A stretch of DNA of 44,359 bases, the filler included, from Catajapyx aquilonaris (Eukaryota), in the NCBI GenBank assembly GCA_000934665.2. It is 2 parts of 2 records of this genome, joined end to end, with 100 filler letters (N's around TTAATTAATTAA, not from the genome) between each part and the next. Parts side by side here need not be neighbours in the genome. Positions count along the whole stretch, not along the records: positions 1 to 22,134 come from JYFJ02005913.1; 1 more part is not named here. One strand, written 5' to 3'. The stretch's first letter is position 1, and every line of letters begins with the position of its first letter. Position numbers and translations under genes: made by a program. Below are positions 1 to 13,800 of this stretch, one piece after another. The notes beneath the pieces are model-generated. The model ran no database searches. It saw only the letters and a program-made list of their open reading frames with translations, and was not told where the DNA came from.

Positions 1-3000
1 GGCGCTTATAATTGGGCATGAAACTTACATTTTATGCAGGCTTACGGTAAAAAAAATCACCGGTCCATTCATGTCACAACTGATAGCAGTTACAGACATC
101 CCACATCATAAACGGACAGTGAACCTGTGTGTACTATAGATAAAAATCGCGAATTCAATGCTACAAAAATCATTGCGTACAGTACTCGGGTTCATGTGCA
201 AATTGTTTACTCCACCAGTTTAAAGTGAATCAACAATTCATTTATTCCCTTTAAACTGCTGGAATTAACTATCCATAATTGAACGTCACACCTGTGGGCG
301 CAGTGTGATGATTCGCAGAAATCTCGAGGTCACTCGAATCTTCTGACCTCTCAATTTCTGAGAATTCTGCTCGTCCTAGCTGCTCCTTTGGCGAATTATT
401 ATTGAGCACGCATTTTCCACCCTGGTGTGGAAAGTCGTACGCCGCGGAATGCAACTCGATCCCGCTGAATTGCGAATATACGACTCCCTACTTCATTCCG
501 AGCACTTCCGACCAGATATTCCGAGCATCCCCTTATTGCAGCCACCGCTTCTTCTTCTGGTTGCATCCCCCGCACACTGCTCGTTACTACCTCGGAATCT
601 ACAATTAATTTATTCGCCAAGGAGTTGCGCTCCGTGCTTCCGTAATCTCTCACTTTCCAACCCCCACGCTTCCCTATACACAAGATCCGCAAGACTCTCG
701 GGTATGTCACGTGTGCATTTCCCACAACCAGAGCTCAACTTATGCAAATTTGTACTCGACAAATGGCAAATTTTTGACTCTTGTTAGAAAGCTGCCCACA
801 AAATTCATGTCTGAATTATTTTTCACTGCCAACTTGTTTCGAACCTAAAATCTCCGGCAGCCCTTTCCCAGCGCATACAGTTTTTTTTTTCTTCTCTCCG
901 TTGCCATAGACGTCAACCGGGCAGAAGGTCGAGAAAGTAAAGGTCCCGGAAACTCCTGGAAATAAACGAGTCCCCAGTGTCTTCCGTTAGTGTCGTCCCC
1001 AGTGCCTTCCAACCAGAACTCGCCTCTTGTCATTTTTCCCAAGCCTTTTTTTTGTACCCCAGCAGTCCAGTGCTCCAAGCAAATGAAGAAATTCGCATTC
1101 CTTGGAACCCCCGCACCTGCTCCTGCAGCAAAAGTGTCCTCCCTGGTGAGAAGAGGAGGGGGGGTCCAGTCTCTATCTGGTTGCATTTTGCGTCGGTTCT
1201 CCCCCCTCGACACTAAAGCCTCCCCCAGGTCGTTTCCATGTATTTTGCCGCAGGCTCTCTCTTCCCTGATGCCAGCACACCCAGGCCAGCCAGCTAGACA
1301 TAAATACTTAATGGGCTCCATTCGCGCCCGCTTATTTCCAAGCCAACACCATTGCCATCTCGGACCTACCTCGTTTCCTTTTGTTTCCTCCTGACCACCG
1401 ACTATGGATCCACATTTTGTGGCCTACGAATAGGACCTACTTATACAGCAGGGGAAAGTACAGCATGCTAACTCTCTGCTGGAAAAACTTCTCACTCACC
1501 AAATGTCCACAGCTTGGTACAATGCGTAATACAGCCTGATATGTCAATTTCACCATGGAGACGACACTGTTGACGTGAGTGGATGAAGTTGGTAGTAAGA
1601 GGAGGAGGAGGGGGGGGGATGGACTGGAAAATGGTGATTGATTGGGGAGCATTTTCAGTGATGAATAGGTGGGGTGGGAAATCAGAGGGTCACTTCGATG
1701 GGGGAAGGCAAGAGACATGCGAAAGGGATATCAGTACGAGCGTGTGCCACAGTACGACAGAGCAAAAAGGGAATAAAAAAATAGTACAGAATGGTATCCA
1801 TAACACTGTGGAATACACTGTACTTTGTAGTAAAATGACAGGAATGTCTAAAAAAAACATGTATTGCATTGCGTGAGCTACAGTAGCCAGTTACATTTCC
1901 GTCTTGTGGACAGGAAAAAAAATAATGTTGCCCATATTTTATGCTTAGCAGTCGTCCAGCGGAAAGCCCAATATTGCCCCTTACACAAAAGGGAGTCTCT
2001 TTTTGTTTCGCTGTTTAATACCCCCCGGCGTAGTCACAAGTCACAGGGAAACACGCAAACAGTCACGATAATCCGACATGACACTGTCAGAATTCCCCCC
2101 AACCCCATACCGCACACGGGTAATACACGAAAACTGGTGTCCAAAGCCCCTTTTCCTCCAGCTGATAACACGAGCTTCAACTGTATATATACACACTATA
2201 TACACAGGCTTTGGCTGGTGCTGGAAGAGGGGGGAGCTGTGGTGTACAAATGGCCACGGAAGATATTAATGCCTCAGCCCAGCGTGACATCAACATGAGA
2301 GGGAAGTGTTCTATGTAATAATGGCCTGCGAGAATATACAGGGTGGTCCATCAGAAAAGAAACACTTTTTGATTAGCAGCATATTCAAATGTGCTTCAAA
2401 TGATTGCGTTACGTCCACATTTGCATGTAATTCTTACCAAATTTTGACTGTGCAGGGAGCAGCAGAAATATGAGTATAATTTCGGCGTGTATAAGGTTTC
2501 CTTTCTTGTTGAAGCACCTTGTACGACATGGCCACATGACCCTCCCCCCCAAGATGATAAAGTTCTACTCTGGCCGTCCAGCCCTTCCCCATGCAATATC
2601 CGAGACTTGCCTTATAAAACAAGAGAGAGAGAGGGGGGCTCGGGATCCATCAAGGTGTGAGATTTCCTCCAACGTTCCCATTGTGATCCTACAGCACTGC
2701 CCGGTTTCACTTACCTACGTTTCTATGCCCACGTCTCGCTTTTCAGATAATATAAATTGCAGGCTGCCCGGGCTAAACTCGGGGGCTAAAATGTATGGTT
2801 CGGGCTAGCTGGCCACCAAAAGCTCTTCTGCAAAGGCCAGTGATCGATGCCGATCACTTTTGTGCATGGATTTGTCCAGTGCAGTTATTCCAGCATGCGG
2901 TCCGATCGTGGATAGCTTGATCACACAGTTGCATGTAGCCATATGCCGCAATGCAGACCGTCATGGGTGCTGCCTATTCTACTATATGGCTGCATGAAAC

Positions 3001-3004
3001 AGTA

Positions 3005-3053
3005 CAGGGTGCTTCGTAACTGTATGCAAAAAAAAGAGTTACGAATCACCCTG
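3005..3053. mobile_element. Tiny Tc1/mariner-like foldback (TIR-only remnant)
   Basis: TA|CAGGGTGCTTCGTAACT ... AGTTACGAATCACCCTG|CA: 17-bp arms with one mismatch and a 15-nt spacer. TA flank on the left, CA on the right. Confidence 0.55.
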
Positions 3054-4149
3054 CAACAATTCGTGTGTGCCGAAAAATTACGGGACGAGCATGTTTTCCC
3101 TAAACTTTCAAATATCATTCATGACTAGGGCAGTGTGACAGGCTGTCAGCATCGTGACCAATAAACCCGAGAGGCTTGACAAGAAGTGGAAAATTATCAC
3201 TGGAGGAATCACGTTTCCTCCGCTGACTTTTCAGTCTTTTAGTACAATTCGTTGACCCACTGTGCTGTTGTCTGTCTCTTCACAATGGACCCAAATATGT
3301 CATCACGATCTGCCTAGCTTTATTGGTTCTGCAGACACCGAAATCAAGTCCGGTTAAACACCTGACGAGAGGTATGGCTGGCAACATTCATTTCATCACG
3401 GTCGGATGCACCCGAAGAATGATGTGGATGCAATCAAATGGCTGCTCTATAGTCCCCCGCACCACTATCTGCACCGAAGTCAATAGTACGTACATCGTGC
3501 AGTCATCCGGTTGTACCAGATATTCAGTAACATCACATGTCCTGTTCAAAATTTACAACACGCCTGTTTGGTCCTCAGTTGCATGAGACTATTGTGTCAA
3601 ACTCCCTCCATTCAATTAAACCGACCAAATTAATCGTGAATACACCTGTCTACTTCAGAGGCAGACTCAACTGCCTGAATTTCTAGGGTGATTGAATTGT
3701 GTGTAATATACATGACTAATTTTGCGTTCTCCGCAATTCATTACCATATCGGATCAATGCGTAATGGAATAATGCACAGTAATGGAGCCAAGATTTACGA
3801 TCAAAACAATGAAGAATGACGCACTCAAAAGGCTAAGGCCTATTTTCTCTCCTAACCAATCATTCGAGTTTCCTCCTACAAAGAGGGATCAAACTTTGTT
3901 ATAAACATATTTCAGCAAAAGGAAACGGTTTTCCCAAATTCTCCTTCTCAAAGAATTAAACCCACTTTTGAAGCCCCCCGTCTCCTTCCATCGTAAAAGC
4001 TAATTTATTTCCTATACGACAGAAGATGGGATAAAGATGTAATCTCCGATCTCCAATGATGCATCGATTTCATAAATTGGTCAGTTGCGAAAGATCGGAT
4101 TCCAGCTTTCTTCTAAAGAATCTGGGGGAAAAAATTCTTTTCTTTCTTG

Positions 4150-4256
4150 TCCCCCCCCCCCCNNNNNNCCCCCCCCCCCCTTACTTCCACCCCTCCTTCT
4201 CCCAACCACGTTGCACGAAACGAGGACAAAAAAAAGAAGAAGAAGAAGAAGAAGAG
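4150..4256. repeat. Poly-C tract with Ns followed by poly-A/(GAA)n
   Basis: C run 4150-4180 containing unresolved Ns, then an A run and GAA repeats to about 4256. Confidence 0.9.
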
Positions 4257-7200
4257 AAAAAGAATTACTGGCTGGAAGAATGGGGCACAAAGAGTGGAGT
4301 CTCGAGGCAAGATTATTGTAATGCCTTTTCGATAGCTGTCAGCTCGGTCCAGCTCTAATATCGGGTGAGAAGAGACGAATGGACAAGGGAATTATTGAGA
4401 TGACTGGGCTAACTGGAGCCATCCTTTCTCCTCCGAAATGGCCCTCCACCAGAGAATTATTTCTGTTCCAGAAGGCACAACCTCCTTTTCTCAGTTCGCT
4501 CTCTCAGTTTCTTTTCTGCTATCGTTGTCTACGACCCGGGGAACAAATCTCAAGAACCAATTAAACTTTTCCCCTTCTATATCCAACCCCCACACGATTC
4601 CTCCCCCCCAAGCATAATGACTGCAGGGGCCGAAAAAAAAAGGATAATCATCACAGGATTCAAGGTAATAAGTTCAAAGTGTGCAGCCAGAAAATAAATG
4701 TCATCCGTGCTTTTCTTTATAGCAGCCTGACTAATCAGTAGTCAATACGATCCCTTCTGGCTCTTATTACGCTTCGGCAATATTGTTGGAAAGTGTCTTC
4801 CCGGAGAAACCCTTCTCCTGCAGACTTGCGACTTGATTGTTTGACACGCAAGATCTGCTGAATAAGATCGATAGCAGGGGGGGAATCCGTTGATAATTTA
4901 TTTGCTCGGAGTCAGCTCAAGAGTCGCTTTCAGTTAAAATTTTAAAGAGGTCTCATAATGTCATTCGTAACAATGATTTTTTTAAACACAATTTTCCCAG
5001 CTGAAAAAAAATTCGCTGAAAGTAGTACCATGTAAATTAATACTAGCCTCGAGTCGTATATGCCAATGTTACATTTCACGACTCGCTGAATCTGGGAGCG
5101 ACTGACTTTATATATGAAATCCTATACATTCCTCCTATTTCACCATTACTCTTGACAATAAAATCGTCGCCGCTATATATCTCACGCTCTGCCGCGGAAT
5201 GAAATTTAAGGGGGGGTATACGCAGTCTAGCTGCACAAATCCATAAATCGGAGGCCTAGAGTATTAAGTTTATGATTCTCGCAAGGTATAATCAAGCCCG
5301 TCTCCGATCATAAATTACTCCCTACAGTGTGTATATATGCACATCTTGTGGAGCGCAGCCCAACCTGGTTGAATTCTATTTTGACCAAGAATATATTGAA
5401 ACCGCTTTGAAATCAGTATGTTAGCATCAGATTTTCACCCTTCAACCCATTCACCAAGCATTCTCTCCTTTCACCTTTTACTGACCTAGATTGCGCAAAG
5501 CTGAGGTCAGGACCTTTAGATGATGACCACAGTTACATCCTTGGGAACAGCATTTTGCAATCTAATTGGATGGGGTTAATTTGCGGTTTGAGCAAATGGT
5601 ACATTGACAATTTCCACGCAGTGTTGATTAAAATCACAATATTTCCACATCACACATTTTGTTCCCATATTTCGAGGCAGCCTATCTTAGTGGAACACCC
5701 TGTGGAAGGACGTCTCCTGCTTCGTCGTAAACTAATCCGCAATATTGAGAGTGCTGCTGCTGGTAGGAAGTGGGAAAGGGGAAACTTGGAAGTGTATAGG
5801 TAATCCTTGCGGAAAGTGAGGAAATAAACTTTACCGCTGCACAAGCAGATGCGCCGAACAAGTCGACAAATTTGCACAAAGACCGCGTTTATAAGGAGGT
5901 AATTAGGGCCGTGAGGAAAACGCCGTCAAGAAGCTAAGATAAACACGCGAGTGTGTTGACTCGCCTTTCCGCCAGTTACGTCAAACCAAGTGTTTGATTT
6001 TCCCGGGCAAAAGTCCAAGATTCCTTGCCTGAAAATTCGGCAATTAATTAGGACAGCATTGTTGTGGAGCTCGTTTGCATGCAATCACATGGGAAGGCAC
6101 TAACCTTCACTCCCTATACTTTCCATGCAGTTTTCACTTTTTTTGTTGGTTGAAAAGATGCGCATAGAAATATTGGTTAAGTGCTGAATCATGTCTTCAT
6201 GGCTCGATCACTATATATGCGCACATAATTACGGTGCTATCGGAACCGAAATAACCCTACTAGTTATGACATTGACGCTGTCAACATATTCCAGCATGAT
6301 CGGTTGGAAAAAGTGATTTGCAGTTAACATCCATCGTTTAACCAGCCAGTCGCTTACTGATGCAGATAATTGAAACTCCCACTTTATTGTGGTTTGAATA
6401 CCGGAATTTCCAATCGATCATGACTACATGTCAACACAAACAGATATCACAACAGCAATCACCAAAGCCTCAAAATGAAATGGCACAGAAGAAAAAAAAA
6501 GAGAGGCTGCACGTCCATTACTGAATGATGAGTCCGGCAACACAATTTCATATACACACACACAGAGTAATTATCCTGCAGTTTTCATCTCACAGAGGGT
6601 ATGAATATATGCAATAGGCGAATTTTTGACGACATTATAAAGCCATCGGACGTGACATGGGCTGCAATGCTGCACCTTTGGGTACTGCACTGTATACTGT
6701 ATACACAAGGTGTTCCGAACTCGCTGTATAACGTTTCGTGTTAAAACCTGACGTCCTAATATCAAGGACGGATGGCAAGTAATAAAGACATTACATGGCA
6801 CGTAACGTCGTGTAACTAGGCTGCCAGCCAATTTTATGTCCTCTTTTTTTATTCCGTACTCTCACGTGCCCACTAACAGAAACACTCCCAGTATGCTTGT
6901 CAGTACCGATGAATTATACGCGGCCTGGGATCGATTATCCGGCGGAAAAAAAAGTAGTGTAGGTCGAATTCAATATTTGACTAGTTACAGCGGGCACTTA
7001 TGCTTCTTGCAGTAAGGAAGGGCAAACGAGGCTATTGAATAAGTCAGATGCTTGTATACCAGACATGCATGATTGTGGAAGCAACGCTGCCAACTGGGAG
7101 ACGATGGAACAGCGGATCATTAAACAACCAAATGAAGCACTTAAATGAGAGTGGTCCAATTGGGACGCTATTATAATAGTATATGACCGGGGACCAATGT

Positions 7201-10200
7201 TGCGGCCGTTTTCTTGCCAAGTGACCCAGAGGAACAAAGACAAAGGTATATATACGCTTCCCCCTTGCTAATCTTGTTTCGATTCGTTTTACATGCATCC
7301 TCCTACTCACATTTCCATTCCGAGGGTAATGGACTTCCTAATTACGTATGGAGAGCAGGGTCCGAATTGGCATAATGGCGGATTTTCGTCTCGTTCAAAA
7401 ATGGGTTCTTCAAGGGGGGGGATATATGCAGATTGAAACGCGGATTTTCAATCAAATTAACCCCGAACATGTGCTCGAAATGATTCCGTTTTCAAAAGAG
7501 CTGGCGTACTTTTGGGGGCAATCTATCACCCAACATTTGTCTTGCTCGTAACGAGATATAAATGAACATTAATTTTGTTAATCCGCAATTCCAGACAGGC
7601 CGGAGTGTTCTCACTTCCGTCTAATTCCGTGCTCGCTTTATATACAGCAATCCAACTGAAACAAATCGCATTAAGATTAATGGACGGATCTCTTTTTGCC
7701 CAGTATTGTCCTCAGGGATAATTTCCACGTTAAGTGTAACAAATTGCAGTTTGATCCAACATGTGGAGACTTTGAATTTTCTGAATCCTCTTACTCTCTC
7801 CCAGCAGGCCCAGAACCGCTGTTATTCCCTGTCGCTCCGGCCCAATAAATTATGTAAGAGCCTAGCCTCCGTGACACATACGTATATGATGACACTCTAA
7901 TTTTCCTGGCCTCCAGCTTTTGAGAACTTACACGACTTTTTACCCTTCCTCCCTTGGCTGCTGTGGACCCTTGGCACATAATATAAAGCCGAATGTCACA
8001 CTGTCACCGCAATGAAGTGTGCGGCTTGCACGACGCAAAGTGAACCGTTACTGTAATTCGGACGACCTGTCATATTCGCCAGCTACCGTGCGGTTTCAGA
8101 CAGAGCAAAATGTCGGAAGAATGTAACCTCCCCCACAAAAAAAAAAACTGGGGTAAAAAAAAAAACTCGTCTCGCAGCTAGCTTCCTTCCATTATAAATT
8201 TGACCAAGACATGCAAAGCTCACTGGGGGGATTTCCAGAAGCGATAGACTCCAAAAAAGAGTCGCACCATTACAAAACCATGTCTTCCAAATTGAAAAAT
8301 ATCAGAGGTCAACTTTTCTTTCGCGACAAAGTGACGTGTTTCACACCCAGGGTGTCAACTCGTTACACTAAAAGCCAGCACGTATATGTAGCTATTTGAT
8401 TTTTCTTTTCCTTTGGAACAAGGTGTCCGAGATGGGGTTTGTACAAGGTGGGATCCATTATTCGTTCGACCTCTTCTTTTTTTCTCTCCTTCCTTGCTCT
8501 GGATCATTACTCTGAGATGGTCCTGGTCCCCGCAGCACCATATATACTCAAACTCCCAGTCCGATCTATACAAGTCAGCCGAGCGAGAATCTTTGCCGCT
8601 GCAAAACACATGCTGCGCCATTCTCCTGCAGAAGAAGTGCCCTTTGGAATACCAGACAGCCTTCGTATGACTCGGGGATTGAGGTAAGGGAACGAATGGA
8701 ACTCCCATGCCCATACAGAAATGGATGGCGTCGCAGACTGACTGACTATATAGGACCCAGACATTTCAAAAGGAGAACGGGAGAAAAAAATGGATGTTGC
8801 TGTGTCGTGTGATTGTGCCATGCAGAAGAAGAAAATGTAAAAGAATAAAAATTCGGACTGTGGAGTTGGCAAGAGAACACACACACACAATGATTGAATC
8901 GTACAACTCACTTCTTGGTATACAGGCCAGACCTTATCTGCCCTTTAGATGCCATGTTGACGTGTCTATTCAGACCAGCAATTTCAAGTGCAATTGCGAC
9001 TAGGTGCCATGGTACCAAGGTCGAAGTGAATAATTAATGCGGCAGTGTCAAGGGCACAAAAATTCAGAAAAGTTCTCAGAATAATTTCCGCGCTGTGGGA
9101 ATCGCCACAGTCCTGCGCTAAAATCGCAAAAATTCGTACAAAAATCGGAACTATCTAGAGATACAATGGGGAAAAAAATAGATTTGGCAGAAAATCAAAC
9201 CGCGGTTGTTTCCTTGTGTTGCAATCTAGTTTCTCCCCCCACTCTATAGACCCCCAGCAAGTCCCCAGCTGGTCACGCAATACTCTCAGGAACACGGGGG
9301 CTGTGCCTATCGGTCAATAATGCTCACCACAAGCCGTATATTGCCTCCCTAATTTCCAGCTATAGTGCAACCTGCCAGTTCAGACACGGAACACTACTAT
9401 ATCTATAGGGGAAACTGCCGTCCACAATGTCAGCATGATGACCTCAAAAGTTTTCTGACCCGGAAAAAAATAATGCATGCAGGACGATGCAAACACCTCG
9501 CTAAAACATTCAAGCCTAATCTTTACACTAGAAAATACTTACTCGTTTGATGTGCGCAATCCTACTATGATGCAGTGTTTTTTTTAAGGAATCATGGGGG
9601 GTCGAGACTAGTGTCTTAAAATCTGAAACAGTACAAAATACCACAGGATTAGAACATGCCGGATGCTACTCAAGAAAGATAATATGTTAGGAATTCATCC
9701 CTCAGGTGATGTGGTTTATTTGGTTGGAATTTTCTGGCAGATGGTCAACCATTGTCTGTTTTTTTAATGCGCAAAGTAGATGAAAAATGGAGGTAAACTG
9801 TGGAGAGTTTTTGCTTCCGATGGCAGCACAGGAAGTTTGCAATTTGATCGTTTAATTTCTTCAGTCAGTTAATGAGAATGTCACAAGTGAATGCCCCAGA
9901 AATGACCTGGGAATTTCAAATTTAGCAGCTGAGTTCGCAGAGGGGGGTTACCCTTCCGAAAAAAAAACAAAAATGCGAAATTAGCATGGCCAGAAAGTTT
10001 GGAAAACCGATTAATCTGGGCGAATAAACGACTAATATACGAGGACGTTATTTCGACTACACTATATAGAACACAACAAAAAAATGTCCGTTTAATTTTC
10101 AGCCGTCATTTCCGCTTTTAGAAACGAAATTAAAGCACATAAGGACAGACAAAAGTCACGCACTCTGCACAGGATATTAGGAATAATAGTCTACTTAATG

Positions 10201-10235
10201 TCAAATGTTTTGCACAAAATTCGTATACGATAATA

Positions 10236-10280
10236 TCGTGCATAAGTACTTGACATATTATGTCAAGTGCTTATGCACGA
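10236..10280. repeat. 45-bp near-perfect palindrome
   Basis: TCGTGCATAAGTACTTGACATA-T-TATGTCAAGTGCTTATGCACGA: 22-bp arms with one T/G mismatch. Confidence 0.93.
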
Positions 10281-10764
10281 GCAAGATATTACATTCTGCA
10301 TTAATTAGAGCTAATGACTCCTGAGAATCCCTTCTGATTGTGCTGCAGTGACCTGGATGAATATAAGAGAGCATAATTATGCTGAAAAAGGTGCTCGAAC
10401 CAACGGAGAATATCAAGCAGTCCCTGGGATGTTGTGCTTGCTGTTTGTCTTACAACATGGCGAAGCTTCCGGTGTAATTTAAGTTGGGGAAGGGCTGGCT
10501 ATAGGTTCAGCCTATTTATGGAGCTTGGAGAGCGGCTTCGGCTTTGAAATTTTAATCATTGCTTCCGCTGAAAACACATGGCCTGCCAATATCCCCTCTC
10601 CGCATTTACTCTCCACAACCTGCTGCCTTTTATTGCGAGTAAGTTAGCCTACAGAGTAATTTACGTTCCTAATTAACTCCTACTGGATAATTACAGGTGT
10701 ATTTTAAATAATAATTTTGAATCTCTTACAGGTCTAAACAGTCACTTTCAAACATATTTTTATT

Positions 10765-10795
10765 GGAGGAGGAGGAGGAGGAGGAGGAGGAGGTG

Positions 10796-10826
<31 letters not shown>
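10765..10826. repeat. Compound trinucleotide microsatellite (GGA)n(GGT)n(AGT)n
   Basis: Directly visible run in which the repeat unit changes by one base at each step. Confidence 0.95.
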
Positions 10827-13800
10827 GATACACATTGAGATCATAAAGAATTAAAATGAGAAAACAATTTTATTTATTATTATCCATTATTGAAGAAAAT
10901 TTAATCTTTTTCTTATGATGTACGACGCAGGTTGCGACATTCGTCAACGTAATTATAGTAATTACCAGAATTGCAATTCAACTAAGTGCGTACATGTAAA
11001 GTAGCAATGCTAACAACAGATGAAAACTAATTAATTAATTAGACCGCATGTTTGCCATCGCTGACTGATATATTGTGTCATTTGTCATGGTCACTTCTAC
11101 ATTGTACAGTACAAGCTTAATTATTTACCTGCAGCATGTGTTGAGGCTGTGAGCAGGTTTCATTAAAGCCTCCAGGTATTTGGATCCACACCACAATGCA
11201 GTTAGAGGCCATAGATGACGCTTACTACAAATATTCCGGGCAAAACAGTTCAGCATCTGATTTTCAACATTTGCGTATCGTTGCAGTGCAACCGCAAATA
11301 TATGCAGAGTATACTTGGATGATTTATCTGCAAAAAGTACAACTTCATTGCAATGCAGTGTCCACTCACCACTATACCTCACGGCGATGACAATTAAAAT
11401 AACAACCTACAATACAGTATACGGGGATCGCTTTCGTGTAACATTGGAATCATTACGTCATGCAATTTTAAAAATCGCTGCAAGCTTTGGGTTAATGCAC
11501 AGGCTGTCTGCTGCAAATTGGTCGCTATACAATGCAGTATAGTATATTATTTATGCATTTTGTAAAATTTGTTCAGCAATTTCTATTACAAGCATGTTTT
11601 ACTACATATTTATGGCAGATTGTTGGTCAGCAACAAAACTCCTCGCACATGTCTGTCACTCATATTTTCATGTTATAATGTCAAACTTACAGAGTTTGTC
11701 CTAAAAAAAAATCACCTGCACAACTGCTGTACAGAACTTCCTAAAACGTAAAAATAAACACACATTTTTTTGTGTGTGTCAGAAGGGATTTCGTGCTGCA
11801 CTGTTGCCGCCATCAGTTCCAACCATAAACATTCCAGAGCCATTCCTCATTCCGTTATATGAGGTGTAAATGCTCACACTTTTTATTGCACTTTCTTCAC
11901 TTCCACAACACCGTGCAACGCAATTACGTTTTACATAATCCTGATTTTTCCAGTGGAATGTTCACCCCCCAGAAACAAGTTTAAAATTAATATTGGAAGC
12001 AAGAATCACCCTCGTGTGATTGTATAGCTGATGGAATTCATGAAGTCTCCTTCACCTTCTCTGTACTGTTATACCATGGACTTGGGCAGTGTGCCGGTGT
12101 TTTCATCCAAGACAATGCTTCCAACTACACTGTAACACAGCTCCCTATCAGATCACCCACTTTCGCGTTGGCGCCAAGCAAATCATGGCTGGGGCTGTGT
12201 GTGAACATGAGAATTAATTAGCAGGATTCCCATGGCGCTATTGTTGCTGTTATTCAAAAGCCTCGTATGATTAAAATCTGCAAAGCAAAAGTTGAAGTTC
12301 ATCACCACCCAAAAAAAATCGCACCAGGGCCGTACGTCCCCGCTCGCAGCGTAAAAACACCAGCTTGGAATAATCTCCATCCACCAGCTTTAAAACCACT
12401 TAGGGAAACTACTTTAACCCCCCCAGCGACTGACAACCCACCGCGTTTTATTCGAAGCATATTGTAAAACAAAACTCTCGGGCAAAAGCTTGAATCGGAA
12501 TTAAATTCAGAGCCTGAGATCATCTGCGGAATAATAAGCGGAGGAGAGAGCAACGTCCCATGCGGGTTAAGAGGCCCTTCTCTTGCTCGGCTCAAAATAT
12601 ACCCGATACTCCCACAGCCGACTATAAATTACCTTTGCGTTTTGCCCCCAAAACTCCTTATTAAATCCGTTTAGCCATCAAATAAAGAGAATATAATCAC
12701 GCCATTCAAAAAAAAATGCAGGAAACAGCTGCACGTTCCTTCAGCAGTTTAAAAAAAAAAGCCGGAATTTCTTTGGAGATTATGGGGATATATAACACCG
12801 CAGTTTGTCTTTGATCGCCGTTGCCTGTCTTTTATGCAGATACGAGGAATTAAATTCCGTTCCTGTACATTCTAAACGAATTACCTTGAAAGGAAGCAAG
12901 TCAGAAGCACCAAGTATATGCGCTGCAAGACTTTGATGTGGCTTCTGCCGCACTTATATACGTGACAAGCAGGGGATGAGCGTTAATGACTTTTCTCAGG
13001 CTAATATTCCGCTAGCAAGATTCGCCCAGACAACGAAATCGAGATCTGAAGAGAGAGAGAGAGAACTCTCATTAACATTGCAGATTTCCCCTCCCGGGCG
13101 ATTCGCCAATTGAATTGACGCCATTCCTCGAACAAGATCCACGGGGTGTAGTGTAATACGATTGGAATCTGGCCCATTCTGCCAAATATTGTCTTGAATC
13201 GAATCAATTAGTACTACCGATGCCATAGAACAAGATGACTCGTTAGAAAAGCATTGTGATGTATGACTCACTAGCACAACTGTACATTTCACTGTGTATT
13301 GTTAAGTGGTAAAATGACCACTCGAACAAGCCATGTCTTGGGCAAGTCTGGCAAAAGGCGGAATTCCCTTCCTGTTTGTTGCCGCGTCTTTCAATGCGCA
13401 AAACCTTCCCTAACCAGTCTTACACCTTCTTTAAAGGCCACACACCACAAAAAAACCTACTCACCATGACCCGAAGTCACAGCGGGATGAGCAAGACAAA
13501 TAGTAAAACGTAGAAAGGACGCGCTTATGTCATCTCCCACACCTTGCGGTCCATGCCTATTTAAAGAAATAGCCCGGTCCAAGATCCGCAAATACTTTCA
13601 CTGTACACGGTTGATTACAATAAGTACATACCTGATTGCGCTATATGGCTCTTCCCCGTTAGTGAAGCGGACACGTTTTTTTTATTTAAAAAAAAGTAGA
13701 TACAAGCAACGGGTTTACAAGAGTGTGGTTCGGTAAATGTGACAAAGCCCAAGGGGCGTGACCGCAGATTTCAACGGCACCGCTTGACACGGCAACAGAA

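Noticed and set aside
269..1394. Overlapping 60-158 aa ORFs on both strands
   Set aside because: No recognisable domain or consistent exon structure; expected in locally GC-richer sequence.
4056..4358. Pro/Gly/Lys/Glu-rich ORFs
   Set aside because: Translations of poly-C and (GAA)n tracts containing Ns.
11027..11042. CTAATTAATTAATTAG resembling the assembly linker
   Set aside because: Not flanked by Ns; a natural (TAAT)n run.
12096..12125. GVFIQDNAS resembling the Tc1 transposase FQQDNA motif
   Set aside because: No following His, no SPDLNPIE motif, no long ORF and no TIRs; probably chance.
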